From assembly GCA_905178155.1 (NCBI GenBank), contig CAJINV010000005.1, forward strand, positions 6,373,207 to 6,437,206: a DNA stretch of 64,000 nucleotides, given 5' to 3'. Made by a program: the position numbers and the translations under genes. The stretch comes from Amoebophrya sp. A120. Taxonomy: Eukaryota; Protista; Dinoflagellata. Below, piece after piece: positions 13,201-24,661 of the stretch. The notes beneath the pieces are model-generated. The model saw only the letters and a program-made list of their open reading frames with translations, searched no databases and was not told the origin of the DNA. Every line of letters starts with the position of its first letter. Within the stretch, counting starts at the first letter, position 1.

Positions 13201-13641
13201 AGGTCCTCGTCTCTGCTCAGCATTGCAAACTGCGACCTCGACTTGTTCCTGTACTTCCTTCTCATCTTCGTGGGTCTCGGAATCCTCGTTGGAGGAATTT
13301 TTATCTTCTTCGTCTTTTTCGAAAGAATGTTCCATTTCGTCTGGTTATGCAAGAAAAAAACTGTGTAAGTGTAAGTCTGTCATGCAAAGTGTGCAACACT
13401 GTTGCACTTGTCGTGTTATCCAACCATGAAGTCTTATTTCGTTTGTGTTTTCACTTATTAGCTGCCCACGACAGGCTTTGTCTAACATGCAGAACAGATT
13501 TGTCATGCTGTCACCTCAAGACACCTACACTAACACAATTTTTTTCTTGGATACTGGTTTCAAGCTCGGAAGACTGATGCTCGGACTCACGGACCGGTCT
13601 CGCATGGACTTGTGCAACGATTTTACCGGTTTGTGGAACAT
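7206..13641 (-). CDS. Large S/T/P-rich low-complexity protein with coiled-coil segments, function unknown
   Basis: ORFs 12610-13335, 9232-12336 and 8333-9139 join in frame after removing 4 introners (LKPD|EMEH, GPPS|SVSS, KAI|RDSKQ, LMSM|FKK); ATG at 13641. The link to ORF 7206-8045 needs further splicing around 8046-8183 (probable GT donor at 8183), not resolved. Confidence 0.72.
8286..8552. mobile_element. Introner family A
   Basis: Family A TIRs; TSD ATGCT; frame restored. Confidence 0.92.
9162..9374. mobile_element. Introner family D
   Basis: Family D TIRs; TSD GTTTC/GTATC; frame restored. Confidence 0.9.
12302..12614. mobile_element. Introner family E
   Basis: TIR TATGAAAGTGCACAACTC..CCCTCCCCCTCATTTGT; TSD AACTG; frame restored. 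Confidence 0.92.
13346..13553. mobile_element. Introner, D-like variant
   Basis: TIR TATGCAAGAAAAAAACTGTGTAAGTGTA / TACACTAACACAATTTTTTTCTTGGATA; TSD CTGGT; frame restored. Confidence 0.88.
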
Positions 13642-14771
13642 CTTTTTTGTGTATTCACAATATGGTGTTAATCGTTGTGGAAAATCAAAATGTGTAGCAA
13701 ATGATCAGGCTTGTTAGCCGCAGCGGTAGCCGTATTCACAGTGGGGTACAATCATATATTCTCTTAGTTCATCTTCATCTGTTCTGCGGTTTTTATAGGG
13801 ATTATTTTTCAAGGTGTAGCGGAATCGCGTGATGAATGAGTGTAGCACGAGCACTCAGCTAGTCGTGTATGTACTCTTCAGCGATTGCAAAAAATTTCGC
13901 CTTACTTTCCTACCCGGTTTTTCATGATCTCCACCCCCCACCCGCTTTCCCGCCCGTTTTTGCCGCCTTTTTGCAACACGCTTCTTGTTCTTGTTAAGAA
14001 CAGGCCTTTGCACGCAAAAGAAAACAAATGTCTACAAAGTGTTTGACTTCGCACGGTCGTAAGAACTGCTCGATTTATTGTTCCGGTTTTTTTCATCTGC
14101 ACGAAGTTTGAGGCACGAATATTGAACGAGAGCACACATCAATTCGAAAAGTTCAAAGGTGGTAGATGTGAACGAACGGAGGCGAGAGCGCAGCTACTTT
14201 GATGCTGACATATGTTGCGATGAACTTTGGCAAAATGGAACGACTAGACTACTACGACATGATCGGAACTCGTTGCACGAAAAATTATGTGGAAGACGAC
14301 GTAAGTACCAACGTTGTTACTAGGAGTAGAACGCGTTTTGACCAACAGCAACAGGCAAACAAAGTCAAATAAAACGAAGAAGACCAGCATCGGCGCAATA
14401 TCCTTCAAGTAGACGAAAGTCGTGCGGAACACGAACATTACGTATTACGTCGAGGGATGGTGATCTACCTGTAAGGCGGTCCATAGGACGGCGGCAATGT
14501 GCCTCTTTGCGTGCTCCAAAGGAACACCTTCTTGACACCTTGTTTAATGTACCGTTCAAAGTCATGACCTTAGTTCTGTACCGAAGAAGTGCTGTGTCGG
14601 AACTCTTCTAATGGCAGATAAGCGTCCACTTCTAAGTTGTCACGACTTAGAAACTCTTCTAATGGTAAAGAAAGTTCATCTGAAGGGACCACATCAAGAA
14701 CTCCAACAACTCGCACCAACAAAGCGATGTTGGATTTGTTCTATCTTGCGGCACTTGTTCTACATTTCTTC

Positions 14772-17700
14772 TTAGTTACTCGCCACCAGCACGCTATTCC
14801 GCCACACGCCGTTTTGGATTTCTCTTTTTAAAATCTTCGTGTCGTCTCCCTCTAATCCATCTGCGGTTCTGTTGAATCCGCCCAGGTTGCTGAACACCGT
14901 CGACTATCAAATGCAAATATGTCTGGGTTTGGACGGATGCAAGGTTGGTCATGCTGTTTTTGCATGGCACAGAAGGTCTATCATGGCAGACCTAGCATCA
15001 CAGATTTCGAGAAGCAGCCTCTGCAATGCCTAATCTGCATGACAGATCTCCCATTTTGGTGACAGGAAGTGGCCATCTTTTGCTGCCTATGCATGAGAGA
15101 GATTTGTGGGCGTTGTGAAATACGCATCACAAGTTCGCGCCCTTCCAGAGGACCCAGACATATTTGCAATGCATATCGACACCATTCTCCCGCGGCCGTG
15201 ACGTCTTCCCTGCTCAAAAATCCCCTCGAAACGGACCTGTTCCAGCAGGTAGGACGCCTTTCCGCGGCGTTTCGGGTAGTGATAAACACCGAACCCGTGC
15301 ATTTTGTCGTGAAGAAACTCACCGACGTAACTAGAATTGTTCGCATTCATGTCGCCACTACTTGTACCTCCACCGCCACCGCCACCGCTTTCCCACTGGC
15401 AGATTCCGAACCCGTTCCGTTTGTTATTCGCGTGCTGCCCCACGTAGAGATCGAAAACTAGGTGTGCGGATATGGAAGCGTCAGGTTTGAAATCGCCAAA
15501 GTTGAAATGATTTGTCATGCATAAAACTGATACCAGTTACCTACAGTTTGTAGTCGGTGCATGACAAATTATCCCGGTCCTGGAAGCGAGTCTGTCATGC
15601 GGCTTAGGGCAAAAGAGCTGGCTTCTGTTATGCTAGTCAGGAGTCCAACTTTTGACCCTTGCCAGGACTATACTCTGCCTCCCGTGCGTCCTCTGCAATA
15701 GAGTCAGTTTTGGTATCTTCGCATTTTATGCATGACAAATCATTTCAACTTTGACGATTTCGATCCTGACACTCCCATAGCGGAAGACATACTAGTACTC
15801 GCTGTCGCACCTTCTTGTTCCTTCAAAACCATGTTTTTCGCCCGTTGACTTCCCGCCGATGCCAGATTCTGTCGCGTCGACATAGTAGCCGCAGTTTTGT
15901 CCCACAGCTCGAACCCTGGGCCCTCTTTCCGCCCGTTGCGCCACAAGCCGTAGTAGATCGGAGCAGCAGGAGGTTTATCTTTATTTAGTATCGCGCTTCT
16001 AGAAGAATAATTTCCCATTGCTGTAGTGCTAGTTCCGTTAGTAACGCCACTGCCCCTCGTGGACGATCGTGCAGCTGTTGCTGGTGTGAACAAGCCGACG
16101 CCGTGCGGTATGACCTTCGTTTTCCCGCGGCCATCTCGCCCTTGGATTACCACGTGCTCGCCCTGGTAAAATCCGTTTAACTCCGGAATTTCGACCAATG
16201 GCAACTCGCTCAGATTTCTCCTCCCGTGGTCCTCCCCGAGCCGGTATGCACTGCCAAAATGTCTGGGTCTGGAAGGATGAGACTTGTCATGCTGTCTTTG
16301 GATTCTAGAAGAATCTGTATTGCGTAAACCGCAAGAGGAGTCCAGTTTTTGTTCACGCGGAGAGGGCATTTGCCATGCGGTATAGGCATCAGGAAGGCCT
16401 CACAAAATCTGTGACGCTGGCGCATACATCACACACATTATGGATCATGCAAAATGTGCATGACAAGTCCTCCAATCTTCCAGACCCAGACATATTTACA
16501 TTTGATAGCCGCGCGATTCGCTCCGCGATCGCTTGCATTAGCGTTGGTTGCAGCTTCTGAGGTGAAGAGGATTTATTTCCTGGTCCTATTATCCCGAGAT
16601 ATTCCTGCACCAAGGTCGGGATCTGCGGTTTGTTCATATGTTTTGCACCACCTCCAGCAGCTCCACGAAGACCATTTCTATTAAACTCCTCTGCGTACTC
16701 CTGGTCCTGCAGTTTATGGTTTGTCAAGGACTCCCGAAACTGAACCTCTGGGTCGTTTATGCAGTGATAAAGGATCGCACTCGTATAAATGCATTACAGA
16801 TTTCCTCAGCATGAGAAATAGAATTTGTAATGCTAATTTATCTTAAGAAAAAGATTTGTAATGCATGATTACAATACGAGTGCGATGCTTTTGCAATGCA
16901 TATCATTCGCGAACATCTTGTCGAAGAGAAAATTCACCGGGAACGTGCCGTCGTCCTGGAGATACTGCTGCAGCTCCGTTGAAAGCGGGGAGAGAAGTTT
17001 TGGTGAATAAAAGTGGTCTTGTTCTTCATCTTGTCGTTTGATATTAGGAACTGCCATTTTGTCACTCGTCGTTGTCGTCCTCGTCTCGTTCGATGCAGCA
17101 GAAACTCGTGGTCTATGTCTATCGAATGCAAATATCGTCCCTGGGCTAGTACGTCTGGAAGCAGATTGGACGTTGCGAAATGGAGGTTTGTACGAAAATG
17201 CACCTCGTCGCGGCGGTGGACCATGCAGCTGCACATCGTTTGGGGAACAATGCGCACAGATGAAGCTGCACCACAGATTTATTTGCGAGACGTTCACTTC
17301 GATACCCTATCAATCCCGCATGAAAAAGAATGAATCCACGAGGAGCGATCCACCTTTTGCTTACCAAAAAGTGCGAACAAGCTTTTGGCGTTTTGTTCAT
17401 GCAACACAGATTTTTTGTGGTCCGCGTCCGTCTCGAGATGACTTCGCATGACAAGCCCAATCCTGCTTCCAGGAGTAGACCCCGAAGATAACCTATTTGC
17501 AATGCATATCGACCTGCTTCTGCCGGGTGTATCGCCATTGACGGGGAGTGTAGTTCTTGAAGACCGGAATTATTCGCAGGAAGCTGTTGTAGAACGTTGT
17601 CCAAATAAAACTCCTCCACGGACCCGCGGGAGGGGTTCGTGCCACGGGTAGACAATACTTTCTGGCCAGCCCGAAATGCTACTGCAGCACTACTAGTACT

Positions 17701-20700
17701 TCCGGCGGGCAGCAGCCCGAGCTCTTCGCCTTCCGGTCGAGGTTGATATTGGTGTTGATGAAATGGGAACAATTCTTGCGCCGGATCTGTATTTATTTGA
17801 CTCTGGTCGTGGTCAAGAACTACATCTTCGTATGAGCCGGCAGCAGCAGAGGAACCAGCACCTGGTATCAAAATGAAAAATCCCCCCTCCCCATATCAAA
17901 ACGGAAATTTGTGATGTTGATTTGTGCCCACAAATCATCTTTGTCTTGCATATAGGATCATAGGAGCCATTTGACGCATTCCAGAGCAAGTCTTTCATCC
18001 GCTTTCGACTACTGCAAACCTGTTTGTCATGCGCAATTACTAGCCTTCTGCATACCCAAACAGGCTGAGAAAATGCCGCCAAGCACTTTCTGCAGGACAG
18101 ATCTGATTTGTGTACGCAAATCCAGCATCAGAAACTTCGTTTCGATATGGGGAGGGGGGATTTTTCCTCTCAATACCTGGTGGTTTTTTCCTGATGGTAA
18201 TGTTTATCATGGACGTCTTGGAGGAAGGCGAAGCAGAGCATCAAGTGCAAAAGTGTCTGGGTCTGGAAGAATGCATGTTTGTCATGCTTGCATGGCGTGA
18301 CTCTCTATTCTGTCACGCACGTTACCCAAGAGCTCCATTTTTCCGTGATGCAGAAACGCAGTCTGTCATGCAGAATAGGCAACACCTAGAAGCTCAGAAA
18401 CTAGTCATGCTGAGCCAGCACTTGTGGCCTCATCATGAGACGCCAGCACCCAGCATCACAAGTTTCCAGACCCAGACACTTTTACATTTGATACAGAGCC
18501 CGCTCCCGCATAATTGACCAGCACACCACCATCGTTCATTGCATTTCCTGCCTGGAAGGCAGCTGCGCCCGTCGGGCTCGGCTCCCTGGAAGTGATGACC
18601 GGGGTCGTGGAGGAGGACATTAGGCGAAATACAGACTCCGCCGCGTCCGCCATGGTCTGCGCAGCGGAAACAGGACCGGCACCGGCTGGGGGACTCCTAC
18701 TTCGTATGCCGCCACTAGTAGTTGCAGAGTCATAATTGTAGCGACCTCCCTGCTCATTGATGTAAAAAGCATTGTTCAACATCCCACCCGTGGCCGCTGA
18801 GGACTTTGAAACCGTCTTTGCAGCCTCGTTTACCTTCTCCGCTAGGTTCGGAGTGAAGTTGGCTCCTCCGAGCGGAGACGACCGGCTGCGGCGGCGCGAA
18901 TTCGCTAACGAGAACACGCTGTCTGCATGGGGGTGGCCAAAATCTCCTCGTGTAGAAGGAGGAGAAAGCGCAGTTCCTCCTGCAGATTCATTCTTATTCC
19001 TCGAAGCCCCCGTAGTCTCTACTTGTTCTGGTGCTTCCGCCGAACCTGCTGCGTAATTTCCTGCAGCTGCTCCGTAATTTCTGTAGACTCCCCGGCTTTG
19101 CTCGGGTCGTGAAGTACTTCTAGTAGTAGATCCTAAATCTCTGAGCAGCTCCGAGTTGTTGTTCATCCTATCACCCCCACGTCCGTCGCCGCGCCCGGGA
19201 CTGATTTCGATGCGGTCCGAGGGGTTGTAGTGCAAATTTCTCCCAGCGCTGTTTTTCTGAAAGCGGTTCAGAAAAATTTCCATCACGGGCATGCTACTGC
19301 GCATAGCGTTTTCCGATATTGGCATGCCGCTGTCCGCGGCGTGCAGCTCCTCCCGCAGCTCGCGTGCGCGCCCGCGCTGAGTAGAAGTAGATGTGGAAGG
19401 GCTATTTGCGATGATTCTACTTGTCGGAGTTATCTTTAGCGGACTACTGGTGCGCTCGAAGCTTCTTCCACGGCGATCTGCCGCTCCTGGAGGACTTTGC
19501 GTGCTTGTTCCCGGTTTTTCGAGCAACATCCGAGGACCGAGAAGGCGGGGCAGGAAATCAAGGGACAAATTGTTTTTTAAAAGTGACAGCGGGGGTGAAC
19601 CTCCACGAGCAGGAGCTACATCTTCTAAGAGAAAATTCTCCGGATCCACCGTTGCGGTGAAGAAATCTCGTCCAAGTCCCTTGATTTTGCGAATTCCCGG
19701 AACCACCAGGCATCCCGCGTTAAATTCCTGATATTTGTCCGCGTCTTTCGAATTTTTATCTGAAAGGCCCCGAGAGGTACTGGCCGCTTGTCTTGTCGCC
19801 GGTCCTGTTAACGAAAAGCTTCGTAGTCCACCTCCAGGACCTTTTCTGCCTCCACCCAGGATGTTTGTGCTAGTCACATCATTCGCCAGAGTGGGGGCCC
19901 CGTCTGGGCGACTGGTGTTGTTTTCCGAAGTTGGGTAGTTGTTCGTACCCTTGTTTTTACTATCCTCATTCATCCTCAGCTCTGCTTCTTCTTCCCGTGA
20001 TATCAAGTGGTACTCGTGCAGCAGTGCCTCCGCCTCGTCTGGTTCCTGCTCCAGTTGCCCCCCGGCCGCGGCTGCAGGCACGTCGGTGATAAAAGCCGTG
20101 TCAAATGCAAAGATGTCTGGGTCTGGAAGATTGCCAGGCTTGTCATGCATGTTTTCTATGACTCAGGGTGTCTGTAATGCATGATCTAGCATCACATATT
20201 TTTAGAGGCCTTCCTGATGCCTATCCCGCATGACAAATGCCCTCCCTGCGTAGGACAAACTGGACTCCTCTTGCTGGTCATGCAATACAGATTTTTTTAG
20301 AGTCCAAAGTTAGCATCACAAGTTCCAACCTTCCAGACCCAGACATATTTGCATTTCATAAGCCGTCCGCTTGGACGAGGTGGTCATCGGCGCGTTCTGC
20401 TCCTCCAGCATCTGCCGCAGCTTCTTGTGTCCGTCCCTAGTTGTCGAAGAAGACGAAGATGTTGAGGACATTTGTTGCATCTTCGTCGAATTTGGTGGTG
20501 GTGGTGTTTTTTCTGCTGCTTCTGCAGAAGTTCCCGCGGGTTCATAATTGCGATCAACAGCATTATCCGTGGCTACAACAGAAGTGGAAGTCGTTTGGTA
20601 CACGTTTCGCTTGTCTGCATGGAGGTTTTTCGAGGAGAAGTCCTGCGCCACCCGGCGGTCTTGTTCAGTTTCGAACTCAACAAAGTCGACGTCGTGCATA

Positions 20701-23587
20701 GAGGCCGAGTGTCGTGCGTGAAATTCGTCTTTCAGCTTGGAAAATCCTGCGCAAAAGTATCGTATTCGTATAAATGCAAGTCTTGCATTTTACAAATCTT
20801 TGTCTTAAGGCAAATCTGCATTACAAATTTTATTTATCACGCTGGGGAAATTTGTAATGCATTTATACGAGTACAATGCTTTTGCATTGCATATGGCAGC
20901 TCTACTTGTTTCCTCGGACGTCGTTGGCGCCGTGGGGTTGCTGTTCATCTTGCGGCCTTCCTGATCTTCTGTGCGCGGAGGTTGCTCCTCATGATCGTGA
21001 AACTCTACCATGGAGCGCATGCTGCGATCTGGCAGAGAGTCTATCAAATGTAAAAATGTCTGGGTCTGGAAGAATGCAACTTGTGATGCTGCATTTGGAT
21101 TCCAGAAAAATCTGCATTGCATGAGTACCAAAAGGAATGCAATTTTTGCTACGCGGAGAGGGCATTTGTCACGCGGAATAGGCATCAAGAAACTCTCAAA
21201 CAATCTGTGATGCTAGGGCATCCATCACAGACATCAGGGCTCATGCATAACGTGCATGACAAGTGTCAGAATCTTCCAGACCCAGACATTTTTACATTTG
21301 ATAGAGTCTTCCTCTTCCCCATTTTCCGATGAAAAATCGACGTGCGACGACAATACGTCAGTTCTTGTGCCGCCGGGCTTTTTGTCGACAGCCTGCGGCC
21401 CACGACGGTCGTCGTATTTGTGTCTTACTCTCTCCCGTTCAGCTTCGATCTTCGGATCATATCCTGAGTAAAAACGTCCCCACACCATAGTCAAGATGGG
21501 GAATCGGCAAGACAAATCCACAAGTTTTGGCTGTTTTGCATGACAAATTTGCATTCGTAGTGTAATGCTGTTTGAGCTAGCTCAGCAGCATCACAGATCT
21601 AGCATACCATGCTGATTGGAGCATGACAAATTGCAAAACACGATTAGAAAATGCTTCTCATGGGGCTCCGCATGAGAAACATTTTCAGCATGCAGATTTG
21701 CATTACATCGGACAAAAGCCGACACAACAGCGTAAATGGCCCCAGATCCGTGATCACAAAATGCACAAGGAAGAGAAAGCAAGAGAACACAAATAGGAAC
21801 GAAGGAAAACAAGCACAAAAGAAAAATGCCAAAGGTCTGAAAATTTGAAGGAAGCGAAAGAATTAGAGCAACAAAGAAAAAGTGAAAACATAGCACGAAA
21901 GCGAAACGAAGTGGACACTGCCTCGAGCTCTTCACCTCACCACAGGCTTCACATTCGCCGCACATTGATGGGCTCAGTAGAAATATTGGGTTTAGGCTAG
22001 CGCTCAAGGCGAGGAAGAAAAGAATTTTTTTCGAGAAGACCAAAACCGCAACAAGGAAATGCGCAATGAACGCAAGCGCAAAGCGCCTTTTTTTCGTGTG
22101 AAGATGTAGCTGTTCCGAGTACAACTTATTACAATTTAGTATTTCTCCTTTTCTATTAGTTGTAGCGCTAGCTCCTATAGACTGCGAGTATACTTAACAG
22201 ACAACTGCCCCGGGAGTTGAAGAAGGAGAACCAACTCGATGGAGCAGGTGCGTCGTCCGCCTAGATTTCGCCAAAAGCAAAGCAGCACGAAAGACTACGA
22301 AACGAAATGGCGCAGCTGGGCCGTTGGGCGAAAAATAGCACAGACAGAGAAGCCCGGAAGCCCGCAGCGCCAGAAAAATTTGAGCCGCAACGAAAGAAAA
22401 GACCAAGCGAAACGACGGGCCAGGAGCATGCACCGGCCTAGGGCGCCCCTAGGGGTGCATTGACCGCGCGCACGTGGTCCCCACTACATGCCACCGGGGG
22501 AGCGAAGACAAGGCAACAGCAACCGAGGCGAGGAAGACGCCTATTGCCCTACACACGAGACTCAGCACCACGAAGAAGACAGGAAAGTCGAGCACGAAGG
22601 CAATGGGGGTTCTGCAGTCTGAAATACAGACGCAGCACCGGAAGAGAGGCTGTAGAACCGAGGAGGCAACGATAGTGAGAAGTAAAATAGTGTAGATAGT
22701 ACTATTTGAGTTGCTTGACGATCGCGGACTGGGGTCTTTTTTCATTACATCGGCAAAAGCCGACACAACAGCGTAAATGGCCCCAGATCCGTGATCACAA
22801 AATGCACAAGGAAGAGAAAGCAAGAGAACACAAATAGGAACGAAGGAAAACAAGCACAAAAGAAAAATGCCAAAGGTCTGAAAATTTGAAGGAAGCGAAA
22901 GAATTAGAGCAACAAAGAAAAAGTGAAAACATAGCACGAAAGCGAAACGAAGTGGACACTGCCTCGAGCTCTTCACCTCACCACAGGCTTCACATTCGCC
23001 GCACATTGATGGGCTCAGTAGAAATATTGGGTTTAGGCTAGCGCTCAAGGCGAGGAAGAAAAGAATTTTTTTCGAGAAGACCAAAACCGCAACAAGGAAA
23101 TGCGCAATGAACGCAAGCGCAAAGCGCCTTTTTTTCGTGTGAAGATGTAGCTGTTCCGAGTACAACTTATTACAACTATGGGCTGGGGACGTTTTCCAAT
23201 AGGATAGATCAAGCTCTTCGGTCATCATGCGGTCCATGGCTCGGTAAAATGGGTTCTTGCTGTCCTTCTCGTCCCGCCTCGAATCGTCAAAGGCGGGTCG
23301 GTTTTTAATGGGAGAAATAAAAGCCCGACCACCATCGCCCTCCAGCTGTGCGCCCGGCTCCTGTTGAGTATGAAACGCAAAAGCATCGTCCTAGTCAAAA
23401 TCGCATGACAAATTCCCTCACCATGAAAAATGAAATTTGTAATGCAAATATCGGCTAAGCAGGAGATTTGTTGTAATGCATGACAGCGATTTTTACTACG
23501 AGTACGGAACTTTTGCACAGGATATTGAGGCTCACCGTGCAGTTCATCCTCGACAAGCGACGCCCGGTGCACGGCGATCTGGTCCAT
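14772..23587 (-). CDS. Large disordered protein with C-terminal MORN repeats; 13 exons, 12 introner introns
   Basis: MORN-like motifs YYGLWRNGRKEGPG, YVGQHANNKRNGFG, YVGEFLHDKMHGFG, FEGIFEQGRRHGRG. All 12 junctions translate in frame after element+TSD removal; ATG 23587 (MDQIAV), TAA 14772. Confidence 0.83.
14905..15175. mobile_element. Introner family A
   Basis: Family A TIRs; TSD TCGAC; frame restored. Confidence 0.9.
15471..15779. mobile_element. Introner family G (long ~55-bp TIR)
   Basis: TIR TATGGAAGCGTCAGGTTTGAAATCGCCAAAGTTGAAATGATTTGTCATGCATAAAA and near-complement at the right end; TSD GCGGA; frame restored (MSSA|HLVF). Confidence 0.9.
16245..16507. mobile_element. Introner family A
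   Basis: Family A TIRs; TSD GCCGG/GCCGC; frame restored. Confidence 0.9.
16758..16902. mobile_element. Introner family F (short, 145 bp)
   Basis: TIR TATGCAGTGATAAAGGATCGCACTCGTAT / ATACGAGTGCGATGCTTTTGCAATGCATA; TSD TCGTT/TCATT; frame restored. Confidence 0.88.
17120..17508. mobile_element. Degenerate, expanded family A introner
   Basis: Decayed A-type TIRs with insertions; TSD diverged (ATGTC/TCGAC) but element+5 nt removal restores frame. Confidence 0.7.
17866..18175. mobile_element. Introner family C
   Basis: Family C TIRs; TSD CCTGG; frame restored. Confidence 0.92.
18239..18493. mobile_element. Introner family A
   Basis: Family A TIRs (left end CAT variant); TSD CAGAG; frame restored. 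Confidence 0.9.
20099..20360. mobile_element. Introner family A
   Basis: Family A TIRs (left end TGT variant); TSD AGCCG; frame restored. Confidence 0.9.
20743..20893. mobile_element. Introner family F
   Basis: Family F TIRs (left end AAT variant); TSD TGGAA/TGGCA; frame restored. Confidence 0.85.
21042..21303. mobile_element. Introner family A
   Basis: Family A TIRs; TSD GAGTC; frame restored. Confidence 0.93.
21460..23206. mobile_element. Introner family B enlarged to 1.75 kb by a nested insertion
   Basis: B TIRs at 21460 and ~23178-23206; TSD GATCA; frame restored (EELD|PKIE). Confidence 0.9.
21701..23175 (-). mobile_element. Non-autonomous LTR-like (TRIM-like) element nested in an introner
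   Basis: Near-identical direct repeats 21701-22134 and 22743-23175 (one 1-bp indel seen) around ~610 bp with no recognisable coding domain; purine tract AGAAAAGGAGAAA on the minus strand just before the downstream repeat. Confidence 0.8.
23369..23524. mobile_element. Introner family F
   Basis: F-type TIRs; TSD TTGAG; frame restored. Confidence 0.87.
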
Positions 23588-24661
23588 GAGAAATTGAATA
23601 TAATTATTTGCGGCCCAGCACAAGATCTTTTACATTACATGCTTCAGATGAAGTACAAGTACATAATGAAAGCACAAGTAGAAGTTGAAGTAGTGCTAGT
23701 GGGGTAGAGAAAAATAACCAGGAGTTGGGGCGGGGGGGGGAAAGACAAAGAGGCTCTTCAACGACCATCTACATCTTGCTGATCAGATGAGGGTAGGCAT
23801 GATGCGTGCCGAAATTTGGAAAATCTATGATTCTATCTATGAAACAAGTCGTGGACGAAACAAGAAAATCGATCGGAAAAATCTGTGGCACGACCAGAAC
23901 GGGGCTGCAAAAAAATCACACGTCTTGAAAACAAAGTAAAGTGATTTTCATTTTACCAGTTGCACGATGAGCACCGAGAAGATCTATTTTGTTGCACGAA
24001 ATAGAACCGAGCCTAGATGTGAAAGGTTTGCGTTGTGTCTGCGTACGTGGTTGCACGATGTTGACAAGGGACCGAGGGTGGACGATGTTGACACGATTTG
24101 TGGTACTTCTACTTTGTATAATACGACGTGCCTTTGATTTGATTCAATTAGACACCAGCGCTACTACCGAGTTACATCTTTGGAGCAGCTGCAAAGGCGG
24201 ACCGGGTGCCTGTTTGCACGACTTCTTTTCTACTTTGTAGACAACTTTCATAAAAGAACCGACATTAGCATATGGTCATCTCGTGCTCTGGCTAGCTCCG
24301 GCTGCTGGACGTGTACCGAAGTTGTTCTTGTAATAAAGTAATTACCGAAAAGAACGCTGACATTGACGTGTTGCATCATCAAAGCCAGAAACTTATTGCA
24401 GCTAGCGCGACTCACATTCCGGAGGACACCACCCTCACAAAAGTGGGCTCTGTCACATAGCAACTGCTGCACGACAAACGTCTCTCTCTATCCTCCTCGA
24501 CATCCTGCATGACAAACTTGTGAATGATTCTGTTTTTGAAGATTGGGCCACACTTTTTTGCAATTCCAATTACAGACTGCTCCAGCCTCCGTAACGACCC
24601 TCATCGGCCTTTGTGGTGCCCTCCTCAAACAAAAGGCACGAAGATGGCAAGAAGAAGAACT

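Noticed and set aside
21591-23237. Duplicated hydrophobic ORFs (MYSEQLHL...) as membrane-protein genes
   Set aside because: They are translations of the T-rich strand of the LTR-like repeats within an intron.
1123-23587. Genes as transposon-disrupted pseudogenes
   Set aside because: Exons stay open and in register across up to 12 insertions of differing age, implying selection on the spliced product.
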